Below, piece after piece: positions 28,673 through 40,976 of a stretch of DNA of 61,900 nt. The stretch covers positions 1 to 61,900 of the forward strand of contig DYGA01000003.1 of the NCBI GenBank assembly GCA_020724865.1, given 5' to 3'. Within the stretch, counting starts at the first letter, position 1; the number at the start of each line of letters is the position of its first letter. Both the position numbers and the translations under genes were made by a program. The notes below the pieces were generated by a model. That model was not told the DNA's origin. It searched no databases and saw only the letters and a program-made list of their open reading frames with translations. The DNA is from Candidatus Paceibacter sp. GTDB taxonomy: Bacteria > Patescibacteriota > Patescibacteriia > S139-126.

Positions 28673-30409
28673 ATGAAGTTTTTAAAATCAAAGATTTTTT
28701 GGGTGATAATTGTTTTATTGGTTGGTGGAGGAAGTTATTTAATTTTTAAACCAAAACCCGGTCCAGTTTATACCACAGAAAAAGTAAAAAGAGGAACTAT
28801 AGAACAAACCGTATCAGTTACCGGATCGGTCAAGGGTGCTAGTGAGATTAATTTAAATTTTGAATCTATGGGGACAATTGCCAAGATTAATGTTGTCAAA
28901 GGTGAACAGGTAACCAGGGGTCAGATTTTAGCCGAATTATCAGCTCAAGCCCAACAAAACGCCGTAGCTGAAGCTCTGGCCAATTTACAGGCCAGTGAAG
29001 CTCAATTGAATAAATTGATTGCAGGAGCTTCAAGCGTGGAAATAAAAATTAGCGCCGAGAGTTTAAAAAATGCTGAAATTAATTATCAAAATCGATTGAA
29101 TGATTTGAATAATTTGAAAATAAAATTGGCGGCTGATGAAAAACAGTATGAAAACAGTTTACAAACCAGCCAAGTTTCATTGACCAATGCTCGCGATGCC
29201 GCTTTAGCTAGTATGACCAACGAGTTATTTGATGGGGAAATTGCTGTAAACAGGATCAAAGAAATCTTAGATCGTGATGACGCTAAATATACCTTGGGAG
29301 CTAAAAATATTTATACCAAAACAACAGCCGAAATATCTAGAAATCAAGCTGCCAATAATATTGCTGCGGCAAAACAAAAATTAAATACTGCCAAAATATC
29401 TTTGGCTGATAATGATATTGCCACAGCTTTACAAGAATCAATCAGTGGATTATTGGATGTATCAGAGGCTTTATCTGATATTTATGAAGTATTGATAAAT
29501 ACACCTGCTAGCACTGATTATACTCAGACTGAAATTGATACTGATAAAGCTAATATTAGAACTGATCAAGCAACCATTAGTGCCAGTATTAGTGGGGTGC
29601 AAACTGCCAGAAGTAATTGGGAAAGTGCTCAAGCCGCAGTGGCTACTGCTCAAAATAATTTAAATTCATTTTTAGCCAGTAAAGATTCACAAGTGGCAAC
29701 TGCCGAAGGTGCGGTAAATAGTGCCAAAGGGGCGTGGGATTTAGCCAAGGCTCAGCATGAACAACTTTTATCACCAGCGCGTAGTGAAGATATTGATTTA
29801 CAAAGAGCCAGAGTTGCCCAAAGTAGAGCTGCTTTACAACGGGCACAAGTAGCCCTCGATCAAATGCTCATTAAAGCCCCGGTTGATGGTACTATCACTA
29901 GAGTAAATTATGAGGTAGGGGAAAAAGTTGATTTAACTAAACCAGTTTTTTCTTTATTAGGAAATTCTGGACTGGAAATAGAAGTTGATATCCCGGAATC
30001 AGATATAGCCAAAATTGCTTTAGGGCAAATGGCTCATATAACTTTGGATGCTTTTGGTGAACAAGAATTTATTGGTCATGTAACAATGATTGATCCAGCC
30101 GAAACCAGAATTTCTGATGTGGTGTATTATAAGGTTAAAGTTACCTTTGATGAAGCAAAGGAAGAGATAAAACCCGGTATGACAGCCAACATTGATATTG
30201 CTACTGCCAGTGTAGATAATGCATTGTATATACCTGCACGCGCTGTCAAAGAAAACGGTGGCAAATATGTAGAGGTTTTACAAAACAATAATGAAGTTGT
30301 CCGAAAAACTGTGGAAACTGGTTTGCGCGGTGATGGTGGGGTAATTGAAATTGTCAGTGGTTTAAATGAAGGGGAAGAGGTAATCACTTTTAAACAAGAG
30401 GCAAAATAA
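28673..30409 (+). CDS. MacA-like periplasmic adaptor (efflux MFP) with a long coiled coil
   Basis: N-terminal TM; V.VTGSV, IKAPVDG, E.DI.KI..GQ, KPGMTA. Confidence 0.9.
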   Translation: MKFLKSKIFWVIIVLLVGGGSYLIFKPKPGPVYTTEKVKRGTIEQTVSVTGSVKGASEINLNFESMGTIAKINVVKGEQVTRGQILAELSAQAQQNAVAEALANLQASEAQLNKLIAGASSVEIKISAESLKNAEINYQNRLNDLNNLKIKLAADEKQYENSLQTSQVSLTNARDAALASMTNELFDGEIAVNRIKEILDRDDAKYTLGAKNIYTKTTAEISRNQAANNIAAAKQKLNTAKISLADNDIATALQESISGLLDVSEALSDIYEVLINTPASTDYTQTEIDTDKANIRTDQATISASISGVQTARSNWESAQAAVATAQNNLNSFLASKDSQVATAEGAVNSAKGAWDLAKAQHEQLLSPARSEDIDLQRARVAQSRAALQRAQVALDQMLIKAPVDGTITRVNYEVGEKVDLTKPVFSLLGNSGLEIEVDIPESDIAKIALGQMAHITLDAFGEQEFIGHVTMIDPAETRISDVVYYKVKVTFDEAKEEIKPGMTANIDIATASVDNALYIPARAVKENGGKYVEVLQNNNEVVRKTVETGLRGDGGVIEIVSGLNEGEEVITFKQEAK

Positions 30410-30411
30410 AC

Positions 30412-31128
30412 ATGCCTTTGATCAGAATCAAAGATATTAAGCGTGAATTTCAAACTGGCGAGGTTGTCACCAAAGTTCTACATGGTGTCAGTTTTGAAAT
30501 TGCAGAGGGTGAGTTTGTGGCAATTATGGGCCCATCCGGTAGTGGTAAATCTACTTTGATGCACATTTTAGGATTTTTGGACAAAGCTTCCAGTGGCCAA
30601 TATTTTTATAAAGATAAAGATGTTTCCATACTGAATGACGACCAACTTGCCCAAATGCGCAATCAGGAAATTGGTTTTGTTTTTCAAGCGTTTCATTTAT
30701 TGCCCAAATTGTCAGTGCTAGACAATGTAAAATTACCACTTTTATATAGTTCCAGAAAAAATAAAGATGAGGCAGCAAAAAAAGCTTTGGAACAAGTTGG
30801 TTTATCGCATCGGCTTGATTATTATCCCAATCAAATTTCTGGCGGAGAAAAACAAAGAGTAGCTATTGCGCGGGCATTGGTAAATGAACCAGCAGTTGTT
30901 TTTGCCGATGAACCAACTGGTAATTTGGATTCAAAGTCCGGGCAACAAGTGATGTCAATTTTACAAAATTTAAATGATCAGGGCAGGACTATTATTTTGG
31001 TTACTCATGAGAAATATACTTCTCAGCATGCCAAAAGAATTTTGCATATCAAAGATGGTTTATTGGAGAGTGATGAACCGGTTACTGATAGATTGATTGC
31101 TAGTGAGCAAGCTGGGTTAATGAAGTAA
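30412..31128 (+). CDS. ABC transporter ATP-binding protein (MacB/LolD-like)
   Basis: [33 protein letters not shown]. Confidence 0.95.
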   Translation: MPLIRIKDIKREFQTGEVVTKVLHGVSFEIAEGEFVAIMGPSGSGKSTLMHILGFLDKASSGQYFYKDKDVSILNDDQLAQMRNQEIGFVFQAFHLLPKLSVLDNVKLPLLYSSRKNKDEAAKKALEQVGLSHRLDYYPNQISGGEKQRVAIARALVNEPAVVFADEPTGNLDSKSGQQVMSILQNLNDQGRTIILVTHEKYTSQHAKRILHIKDGLLESDEPVTDRLIASEQAGLMK

Positions 31129-31132
31129 TTTT

Positions 31133-32368
31133 ATGAATATATTTGATCACGCCCAAATTTCTTTGCGGGCTTTGTCGGCTAACCGTAACCGATCTTTTTT
31201 AACGATGTTGGGAATTATTATTGGTATTGCTGCGGTAATAATAATTATTTCAGTTGGTAAAGGTGCAGAAAGTTTGTTGTATAGTCAAATTTCAGCAATC
31301 GGCTCGGATTTGATTGGTATTTTGCCCGGAGCAAGTGATGAAGATGGTCCGCCAGCAGCGGCAATGGGAATAACTATAACCACTCTAAAAAATAATGATA
31401 TTAGAGAAGTTGAGAAACAGGTACCGGGGGTTATTGCTGCTAGTGGTTATATACGCGGCCAAGATACCATCACTTATGAAAATCAAAAATTTGACGCGGC
31501 GTTTATGGGTGTTGAAGCAACTTATACAGTTGTAGAAAATGTTCAAGTTGAGTCAGGCAGATTTTTTACTAAGGAAGAAGATAATTCACTGGTTAGAGTA
31601 GCGGTTTTGGGCAGTAAGGTTTATGATGAATTATTTCATGGCGATCCGGCAATAGGTAAAAAAATAAAAATTAGAAAAGAATCTTTTACTGTTATTGGAG
31701 TTATGCCTCCGCGAGGTACGGCGGGATTTTTAAACCAAGATACTCAAGTTTTTATACCTTTGCAAACTGCCCAAAAAATTATGTTGGGTGTTGATCATTT
31801 GGCTTTTGCTCGGGTACGGGTAGCCAAAAATGTAGTAATTGATGATGTATTGGAACAAATCAGGCAGGTATTACGTGAGCAGCACAATTTAACTTCCAGC
31901 GAGGTGGATGATTTTTCGGTTCGCAGCGCTACCCAAGCTTTGGATTTATTATCAACTTTAACTTCAGCTTTAGCTTTCTTTTTGGCAGCGATTGCTGGGA
32001 TAAGTTTATTGGTTGGTGGAGTGGGCATTATGAATATTATGTTGATTGCCGTAAATGAACGTATTCAAGAAATTGGTTTGCGAAAAAGCTTGGGAGCCAA
32101 AACCAAAGATATTATCACTCAGTTTTTAGTAGAAGCAATGATTTTAACTTTGTTGGGGGCTATTATTGGCATTTTGGCAGGCAGTATTATTTCTTTTTTA
32201 ATTGCCGTGGTTGCTAATCAGTTGGATTATAAATGGGATTTTGTTATAACTCCATTTTCAATTATTTTATCTTGTTCCATTGCTTTATTGATCGGATTAA
32301 TTTTTGGGTATTATCCAGCCAAAAAAGCTGCCAGTCTTGATCCGATCGAGGCCTTGCGTTATGAATAA
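31133..32368 (+). CDS. MacB/FtsX-like ABC permease
   Basis: RSFLTMLGIIIG, SLLVGGVGIMNIM..V.ER..EIG, LDPIEALRYE. Confidence 0.93.
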   Translation: MNIFDHAQISLRALSANRNRSFLTMLGIIIGIAAVIIIISVGKGAESLLYSQISAIGSDLIGILPGASDEDGPPAAAMGITITTLKNNDIREVEKQVPGVIAASGYIRGQDTITYENQKFDAAFMGVEATYTVVENVQVESGRFFTKEEDNSLVRVAVLGSKVYDELFHGDPAIGKKIKIRKESFTVIGVMPPRGTAGFLNQDTQVFIPLQTAQKIMLGVDHLAFARVRVAKNVVIDDVLEQIRQVLREQHNLTSSEVDDFSVRSATQALDLLSTLTSALAFFLAAIAGISLLVGGVGIMNIMLIAVNERIQEIGLRKSLGAKTKDIITQFLVEAMILTLLGAIIGILAGSIISFLIAVVANQLDYKWDFVITPFSIILSCSIALLIGLIFGYYPAKKAASLDPIEALRYE

Positions 32369-32374
32369 TATTTT

Positions 32375-33619
32375 ATGAATTTATTATTACCAGTAAAACA
32401 AGCCTATGCAGCCATGCGGGCCAACCGCATCAGGTCATTTTTGACTATGTTGGGAGTGATTATTGGTATTTCTTCAGTAATTGTTATTTTGTCAGCCGGT
32501 GAAGCTTTGAAGGGTTTTGTTTATAACGAAGTTAATTCTTTTGGTAATAACATTATTCAAGCGGAGGTAAAGGTTCCTTCGACCAATCAGCAATCAGCCG
32601 ATAATGCCGCTGGTATGGCTATGGGTATTACCATCACCACTATGAAAGATAGTGATGCTGAAGCTGTAAGAAAATTGGACAATATTGATAAGGTTTATTC
32701 TGCGGTTTTAGGACAAGGGGTAGCATCTTATCGCAATGAAAATAAAATAGTTACTATTTATGGAGTTACACCAGATTTTATAGAGATTGATCAAGCGCGA
32801 ATTGATTATGGACGATTTTTTACCAACGAAGAAAACCGTTCCCAGTCTCAGGTAGTAGTTTTAGGTTCAGATCTTAAGAAAACTTTATTTGGTGATGATG
32901 AAGCTTTGGGAAAACAGATTAAAATTGGCAATTTAAAATATGAAGTGATCGGAGTTTTTAAACCAAGAGGCTCTTCATTATTTTTCAATATGGATGATAT
33001 GGTAGTGATGCCGCTTTATACTTTACAAAAAAAAGTTATGGGTATAGATCACGTGATGTATTTTTTAGCTACCATGAAAGATATATCTAAAGATGATTTA
33101 ACCAAAGCTCAAATTGAAGATTTATTGCGGGAACGTCATGATATCAGTGATCCCAAAAAAGATGATTTTGCCGTTACTACTCAAGAAGAGATGCAGGATA
33201 TGCTCAATGTAATCTTGGGTGGAGTCCAGCTATTGTTGATTGCAATTGCCAGTATTAGTTTGATTGTGGGTGGGGTAGGGATAATGAATATAATGTATGT
33301 TTCAGTTGCCGAGCGTACTTTTGAAATTGGACTACGTAAAAGTGTGGGTGCAACCAAAAGTAATATCTTATGGCAATTTTTGTGGGAGTCAGTCTTTGTC
33401 ACTCTTTTAGGGGGTATCGTGGGAATAATAATTGGCATTATCTTGACCCAGTTATTTAGTTGGTTAGCAAAATATTTGGCAATTGATTTTGTTTTTACTA
33501 TACCACTGTGGGCGATTGCTTTGGCCGTTGGTTTTGCCGTTAGTGTTGGCTTAATTTTTGGTATTTATCCAGCCAAAAAAGCTGCTGAACTTGATCCCAT
33601 TGAGGCTTTACGGAGGTAG
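32375..33619 (+). CDS. MacB/FtsX-like ABC permease (paralog of the preceding gene)
   Basis: Same motifs as the preceding permease. Confidence 0.93.
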   Translation: MNLLLPVKQAYAAMRANRIRSFLTMLGVIIGISSVIVILSAGEALKGFVYNEVNSFGNNIIQAEVKVPSTNQQSADNAAGMAMGITITTMKDSDAEAVRKLDNIDKVYSAVLGQGVASYRNENKIVTIYGVTPDFIEIDQARIDYGRFFTNEENRSQSQVVVLGSDLKKTLFGDDEALGKQIKIGNLKYEVIGVFKPRGSSLFFNMDDMVVMPLYTLQKKVMGIDHVMYFLATMKDISKDDLTKAQIEDLLRERHDISDPKKDDFAVTTQEEMQDMLNVILGGVQLLLIAIASISLIVGGVGIMNIMYVSVAERTFEIGLRKSVGATKSNILWQFLWESVFVTLLGGIVGIIIGIILTQLFSWLAKYLAIDFVFTIPLWAIALAVGFAVSVGLIFGIYPAKKAAELDPIEALRR

Positions 33620-33662
33620 TTAGCTTGATAAGAATCATAAATTGAGGGTAAATTATTAGTTT

Positions 33663-33701
33663 TTAGCACTCTTGACAGGAGAGTGCTAATTTATCTATAA
33701 T
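33663..33701 (+). promoter_or_regulatory. CIRCE element (HrcA operator) overlapping a sigma-70 promoter
   Basis: TTAGCACTC-N9-GAGTGCTAA at 33663-33689; TTGACA (33672-77) inside the spacer; TATAAT at 33696-33701. Confidence 0.95.
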
Positions 33702-33740
33702 GTTATTAGGGTGGTAAAAAATAAGTAATTTTAGGCAAAA

Positions 33741-34433
33741 ATGCTTACTAACCGACAAAATCAAATATTTAAAGAGATTGTGGAAAACTATGTTTCTAAT
33801 GTTCAACCGATTAGTTCTAAATTGTTGACTGATAGTTTAAATGTATCTTCGGCCACAATTCGTAATGAAATGTCAGCTTTGGAAGATAAAGGTTTGATTT
33901 TTCAACCTCATACTTCAGCTGGTCGAGTACCTACAGCAGCAGGTTATAAGTATTATTTTGATAATTTTGTTGATAAGGAAAAATTATTAAATAAACACGA
34001 TCAACAGTTGGTAGAGGCTGCTTGGCAAAAAAATAAGCATGATTATAACCAGTCTTTTAAAAATTTAGCCAAAGTATTAGCTGATATTTCTCAACATGCT
34101 GTATTGGTTGGTTTTTCGGAAAAATATTTTTATTATACTGGACTGGCAAATTTATTTAATCAGCCGGAATTTACAGCTGTTGATTTAGTGCGAGCGATGG
34201 GTTATTTAGTTGATCATTTGGACGAAGTGGTGAGTAAAATTTTTCCTTACATCGAAGATTTATCAGTAAAGATTGGTGAGGAAAATCCGTTTAGTAATGA
34301 ATGTTCCGTTTTTTTGACAAAGTTTTCCAATCCAGCTGGCGAAGGGTTATTGGGAATTTTAGGTCCGATGCGGATGGATTATCAACAAAATTATTCTTTA
34401 ATTAATTATTCTAGAAACTTAATTAATAAATAA
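33741..34433 (+). CDS. hrcA: Heat-inducible transcription repressor (short form)
   Basis: SSATIRNEM..LE..G…QPHTSAGRVPT, LGPMRMDY; upstream CIRCE. Confidence 0.93.
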   Translation: MLTNRQNQIFKEIVENYVSNVQPISSKLLTDSLNVSSATIRNEMSALEDKGLIFQPHTSAGRVPTAAGYKYYFDNFVDKEKLLNKHDQQLVEAAWQKNKHDYNQSFKNLAKVLADISQHAVLVGFSEKYFYYTGLANLFNQPEFTAVDLVRAMGYLVDHLDEVVSKIFPYIEDLSVKIGEENPFSNECSVFLTKFSNPAGEGLLGILGPMRMDYQQNYSLINYSRNLINK

Positions 34434-35018
34434 ATGACAAAAAAAATAGATTCAATTAATGATGATAAAAAAGACGAAATTGTCGATAAATCAGTTGAGC
34501 TCAAAACTGATGAAAAATCAGATGATTTATCTGCCGCTGATTTAACCAGACAAAATCAAGAATATTTAGCTGGTTGGCAGAGAGCTAAAGCTGATTATAT
34601 CAATTTGAAGAGAGAGACAGATGAAATGATAAGTAAGTTAAGGCAAATTGTTAGAGGCGAGCTATTTGTAGAATTTTTGCCTTATTGGCAGAATTTGGTT
34701 ACCGCCATAAAACACATACCTCAAGATTTGTTAGAGGCGGATTGGGTGCAAGGTTTTATTCATACTCAAAGACAGATAGAAGATTGGTTGGATAAAAATG
34801 GCGTTAAAAAAATGAAAACTGTAGGTGAAAAATTCGATTACAATAAGCATGAAGCAGTGGAAACAGTTTGGGATGAAAAAGTTGCAGTGGATGAAATTGT
34901 GGCCGAAAAATCAGCTGGTTATGAATATGATGGTCAGGTTATAATCCACCCTCGGGTAGTGGTAAATACATTACCAGCTCACCAAGATGAAAATAAAAAT
35001 AATCAAGTTAATAAATAA
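34434..35018 (+). CDS. grpE: Nucleotide exchange factor GrpE
   Basis: WQRAKADY.N, GEKFD…HEAV, GY; operon position. Confidence 0.9.
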   Translation: MTKKIDSINDDKKDEIVDKSVELKTDEKSDDLSAADLTRQNQEYLAGWQRAKADYINLKRETDEMISKLRQIVRGELFVEFLPYWQNLVTAIKHIPQDLLEADWVQGFIHTQRQIEDWLDKNGVKKMKTVGEKFDYNKHEAVETVWDEKVAVDEIVAEKSAGYEYDGQVIIHPRVVVNTLPAHQDENKNNQVNK

Positions 35019-35091
35019 TTTTTAATTAATAATTAATTTTTCTTGTTTGGGTTAGTCAGTAATCTAAACAAGAAAAAAGAGGAGAAAATAT

Positions 35092-35511
35092 ATGGCTATA
35101 GTAAAATGGACACCATGGCAAGATCCTTTTGAAGAATTTGAAAAAATGCTGCAAGAATGGCCGGGTTATCAAAACGTCAGGTCGTTTGTGCCAGCAGTTG
35201 ATGTTTATCAGGATAATGATAATGTATATATTGAGACCCCATTACCGGGGGTAAATATCAATGACGTTACCATTTCGGTAGAAAATGATGTGTTAACCAT
35301 TCAAGGGAAACGTGAACACAAGACTGAAGTTGATGAAAAAAATTATTACCGTCAAGAAGTGCGTTATGGTAGTTTTTACAGAAGTATAGCATTGCCCACT
35401 AGTGTAAATGGTGATAAAGCTGAAGCTGAATATAAAGATGGTATTTTAAAGGTCACAATTCCTAAAGAAGAAAAAGCCAAACCAAAAAAGATTACTATCA
35501 AAACAAAATAA
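35092..35511 (+). CDS. Hsp20/alpha-crystallin small heat-shock protein
   Basis: PAVDVY, LPGV, E..YGSFYRSI.LP, A.YKDGIL.V.IPK. Confidence 0.95.
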   Translation: MAIVKWTPWQDPFEEFEKMLQEWPGYQNVRSFVPAVDVYQDNDNVYIETPLPGVNINDVTISVENDVLTIQGKREHKTEVDEKNYYRQEVRYGSFYRSIALPTSVNGDKAEAEYKDGILKVTIPKEEKAKPKKITIKTK

Positions 35512-35831
35512 TGGAATTACCACTTTCCTCACTACCAAGAAAATTAAATCATCATTGCCCTTTGTGCGGTCGGATTTTAGTCAATGATGATGTTGAAATT
35601 ATTAGTTTGCACAACAACCAGATGATGGTTTATACCACCTGTGGCAGCTGTGGAGTGGGTTTAATTGCTAAGGTTTCCTGGCTGCCACAAGGTTTGGTGG
35701 GACTAGGAGTTTTGACTGATTTGACTAGAGATGAAGTCAAGCAGACGGCTAATTTATCTCCGATCACTGCGGATGATGTGTTGGCCATAAAAATGTTAAC
35801 TGATAAAGGTTATTTAGAAATTAAAGTATAA
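35511..35831 (+). CDS. Hypothetical protein with a CxxC…CxxC Zn ribbon
   Basis: CPLC…CGSC, TDLT..E, PITADDVL; translationally coupled to hsp20. Confidence 0.8.
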   Translation: MELPLSSLPRKLNHHCPLCGRILVNDDVEIISLHNNQMMVYTTCGSCGVGLIAKVSWLPQGLVGLGVLTDLTRDEVKQTANLSPITADDVLAIKMLTDKGYLEIKV

Positions 35832-35848
35832 TAATTAAATTAATATAA

Positions 35849-37759
<1,911 letters not shown>

Positions 37760-37837
37760 ACCAAAGGTTAGACTAATAATTAATTAAACCTGGGGTGCAG
37801 GCTTATAACTCACTGCAGGTAACTAATAAAAAAATTT

Positions 37838-38134
37838 ATGGACAATCAAAATCAACAACAAACAATGCAAATTAAAATTGATGACACAGTATTGAAAGGT
37901 GTTTATGCTAATGCTCTCCAGGTTGGGCACACTAAAGAAGAATTTATTTTAGATTTTATGAATTTAGTACCCCCTCAAGGTATAGCCGTAGCTAGAATTT
38001 TTTTAAGTCCGGGTCATATGAAAAGAATAGCCGCTGCTTTATTAGATAATCTAAAAAAATATGAACAACAATTCGGTAAAATTGCAGAAGCCCAACCACC
38101 AAAAAACGAACAAAAATTGGGATTTAATGGCTAG
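37838..38134 (+). CDS. DUF3467-like protein
   Basis: GVYAN…V.HT.EEFILDF…ARI.LSP.HMKR. Confidence 0.8.
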   Translation: MDNQNQQQTMQIKIDDTVLKGVYANALQVGHTKEEFILDFMNLVPPQGIAVARIFLSPGHMKRIAAALLDNLKKYEQQFGKIAEAQPPKNEQKLGFNG

Positions 38135-38199
38135 ATACACGAGACACGTAGCATGTAACACATAACACTAAGCACATAAATAATTATTAAAATTTTATT

Positions 38200-38265
38200 A
38201 TGATAAAATACAACAATCCAGATGAAGAAAAGTGTGGTTGCGAAGGTTGCGATTGTGGAAAATAA
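38200..38265 (+). CDS. Putative 21-aa Cys-rich peptide MIKYNNPDEEKCGCEGCDCGK
   Basis: ATG after an AT-rich leader; GC-richer than its flanks; CxC-xx-CxC motif. Confidence 0.45.
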   Translation: MIKYNNPDEEKCGCEGCDCGK

Positions 38266-38268
38266 TTT

Positions 38269-38327
38269 ATATTTTACCCTGTTAAATTGATTTTTGATCA
38301 GAGTAAAAATTTAACAGGGTAAAATAT
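38269..38327. repeat. 20-bp perfect inverted repeat
   Basis: ATATTTTACCCTGTTAAATT … AATTTAACAGGGTAAAATAT. Confidence 0.85.
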
Positions 38328-38388
38328 TATAATTATTAATTATTAATAAAATAAATATTAGTAATTAATAATTGCTAACCAATCAATT

Positions 38389-39510
38389 ATGTCCAAGGAT
38401 TACTACGAAATTTTGGGTGTAAAAAAAGACGCTTCAGCAGATGAAATAAAAAAAGCGTTTCGTAAATTAGCACATCAATATCATCCTGACAAAGGTGGCG
38501 GAGACGAACAAAAATTCAAAGAAATAAACGAAGCTTATCAGGTTTTGGGTAATGCGGAAAAAAGAAAACAATATGATCAGTTTGGTCAAAGTTTTTCTGG
38601 CGCCGGACCTGGAGGGATGAATTGGCAGGATTTTGCCCGAGCTCAACAGTCGGGTGGTTTTGATTTTTCCCAAGGTTTTCAGGGAGTAAATTTTGATTTT
38701 GGTGATATAGGAGATATTGAAGATTTATTTTCAGGAATTTTTGGCGGTTCTTTTCGTCAAAGTGGAAAAAATCGTCGGAGTCGTAAGGGGCGAGATATAC
38801 AATTGGAATTGACAATTGATTTTTTTGAAGCAGTTTTTGGAACAAAAAAAACAATTACTATAGAACGTGATGATATCTGTACGGTTTGTCAAGGTAGTGG
38901 CGCTAAACCAGGCAGCAAAGTAAAAACCTGCGAACAGTGTCAAGGCGCAGGACAAATTGATACGGTTACCAGATCATTTTTTGGCATGGTGAGATCAACT
39001 CAAGTTTGTCCTACCTGCCATGGTGATGGAACTGTTATCATTGAGAAATGTTCCAATTGTCATGGTTCAGGTAAATCTAAAAAGCGAGAGAATATAGATG
39101 TAGAAATTCCAGCCGGAGCCGATGATGGCGTAACTTTGAAATTTGCCGGTAAAGGTGATGTATTGACTAAAAATGGGACTCCCGGCGATTTGTATATTAC
39201 TCTAAGAGTTTTGCCTGATAAAAGATTTGAACGTCACGGTAGTGATGTACATCAGCAAATAAAGATAACTTTTTCTCAAGCAGCTCTGGGCGATAAGGTG
39301 ACAATCAATACAGTTGATGGGCAAGTTAAGCTCAAAATTCCGGCTGGTATTGCCTCTGGAACGGTGCTTAAACTTTCCGGTCAAGGCATACCACACATGA
39401 ATAAACGCGGTCGCGGCGATCATTTTGTTAAAGTCATAGTTGATGTACCAAAAACATTAACTCGTAAACAGAAACAGTTATTAACCGAATTAAGAGAAAA
39501 CGGTTTGTAA
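38389..39510 (+). CDS. dnaJ: Chaperone DnaJ
   Basis: J domain with HPD, G/F-rich region, four CxxCxGxG repeats. Confidence 0.98.
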   Translation: MSKDYYEILGVKKDASADEIKKAFRKLAHQYHPDKGGGDEQKFKEINEAYQVLGNAEKRKQYDQFGQSFSGAGPGGMNWQDFARAQQSGGFDFSQGFQGVNFDFGDIGDIEDLFSGIFGGSFRQSGKNRRSRKGRDIQLELTIDFFEAVFGTKKTITIERDDICTVCQGSGAKPGSKVKTCEQCQGAGQIDTVTRSFFGMVRSTQVCPTCHGDGTVIIEKCSNCHGSGKSKKRENIDVEIPAGADDGVTLKFAGKGDVLTKNGTPGDLYITLRVLPDKRFERHGSDVHQQIKITFSQAALGDKVTINTVDGQVKLKIPAGIASGTVLKLSGQGIPHMNKRGRGDHFVKVIVDVPKTLTRKQKQLLTELRENGL

Positions 39511-39512
39511 TT

Positions 39513-40247
39513 ATGAAAATAATACCTGTTCATTCTCGTATTTTACAACCGCCGCAGGATGATTTGTTGGCGGTTTTATCTTCATTGCCAATCAAAAATC
39601 AAGATATATTGGTTATTACTTCGAAAGTAGTCAGCATTCACCAAGGCAGATGTGTAAAAATAGATGAAAGTAGGAAAGAACAACAAAAGCAAGAATTAAT
39701 CCTGCAAGAGGCCGAGGCAATAGTCCCTCTGACAGCAACTGGCAATTTAAAACAATCTCCTCTAACTAAAAAATATGGTGTCGTGGTTGGCAGTTCTGGT
39801 ATAGACGAATCAAATGGTCATGGTTATTTTATCTTGTGGCCAGTTGATTTAGCTAAATGGGTTAAAGATATATACCAGTGGTTAAAAGCTACTTATAATT
39901 TAACAGATTTAGGAATTATTATTTCCGATACTGTTAAGCGGCCATTTAGGCGAGGCGCTATTGGTATAGCCATTGCTCATTATGGTTTTAAAGCTTTGCG
40001 TAGTTATCGAGGCTCAAAAGATATTTTTGGGAGAAAATTTAAAAATGAACAGGTTAATTTAGCTGATGCTCTGGCGGCCAGTGCGGTTATGGTTATGGGA
40101 GAAGGGGGTGAACAAACACCTTTGGCTATTATTTCTGATTTAAAAAATATAGAATTTTTTCCTGGAACTGAGGAAATTACAGTGGCAGGCGAAGATGATT
40201 ATTTTGCTGGTTTGATTGATAATAATAAATGGAAGAAAAGAAGTTAG
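39513..40247 (+). CDS. CofE-like gamma-glutamate ligase family protein
   Basis: DILVITSKVVS, SGIDESN, IISDT…PFRRG..G.A, GEG.EQTP. Confidence 0.85.
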   Translation: MKIIPVHSRILQPPQDDLLAVLSSLPIKNQDILVITSKVVSIHQGRCVKIDESRKEQQKQELILQEAEAIVPLTATGNLKQSPLTKKYGVVVGSSGIDESNGHGYFILWPVDLAKWVKDIYQWLKATYNLTDLGIIISDTVKRPFRRGAIGIAIAHYGFKALRSYRGSKDIFGRKFKNEQVNLADALAASAVMVMGEGGEQTPLAIISDLKNIEFFPGTEEITVAGEDDYFAGLIDNNKWKKRS

Positions 40248-40355
40248 TAATTTTGAATTTTAAATTATAAATTTTAAATTAATTTTAAATTTTAGTAACT
40301 AGTAATTTATTATTAATTCTTTATTCTTTAAAGCAAAAGGTGTTATAATTATATT

Positions 40356-40919
40356 ATGATATCAATATTAACTACCACCGCTGCGCAAATTGACTTCAAT
40401 AGTTGGTTAAATAGTTTTGACTGGACAAGGCCCAGTTGGGATTTGTTTGTAATTTTATTTATAGTTTTTGGCGGTTTAGTTTATGGTATGAGTTTAGGTA
40501 GAGATAGATTAGCTTTAACCACTATTGCCATCTATATTTCTTTAGCCTTAGTCAATGCCGCTCCGTTTGTTGGACATGAATTTGCTGCTAATGTCCATTT
40601 TGCAGATTATGCAATTGATATCAAAGTAGTTGCCTTTTTAGGATTATTGGTTTTGATTATGTTTTTGCTGGCTAGAGGGGCTTTGTTTAGAAGTTTATTG
40701 AGCAATAATTCAGGCAGTGGTTTTTTACAATCAGTTTTTTTAAGTTTTGTTCACACTGGATTGATTGTAGCAATTGTAATAAATTATCTGCCAGTTGTCG
40801 CAGTAAATAATTTTTCACCAGTTATTAAAGATATTTTTTATGGTCAGTGGCAGTTATTTTGGTGGTTATTAGCGCCAATTATGATAATGATAATTTTTAA
40901 AATAAAAAAGAAAGATTAA
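40356..40919 (+). CDS. Hypothetical membrane protein
   Basis: About 5 hydrophobic segments. Confidence 0.8.
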   Translation: MISILTTTAAQIDFNSWLNSFDWTRPSWDLFVILFIVFGGLVYGMSLGRDRLALTTIAIYISLALVNAAPFVGHEFAANVHFADYAIDIKVVAFLGLLVLIMFLLARGALFRSLLSNNSGSGFLQSVFLSFVHTGLIVAIVINYLPVVAVNNFSPVIKDIFYGQWQLFWWLLAPIMIMIIFKIKKKD

Positions 40920-40939
40920 ATATTTTTTTAAATTATATT

Positions 40940-40955
40940 TGCCTGCCGGCAGGCA
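40940..40955. repeat. 16-bp perfect GC-rich palindrome between convergent genes
   Basis: TGCCTGCCGGCAGGCA. Confidence 0.75.
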
Positions 40956-40976
40956 GGTATTAATTATACAATACTC

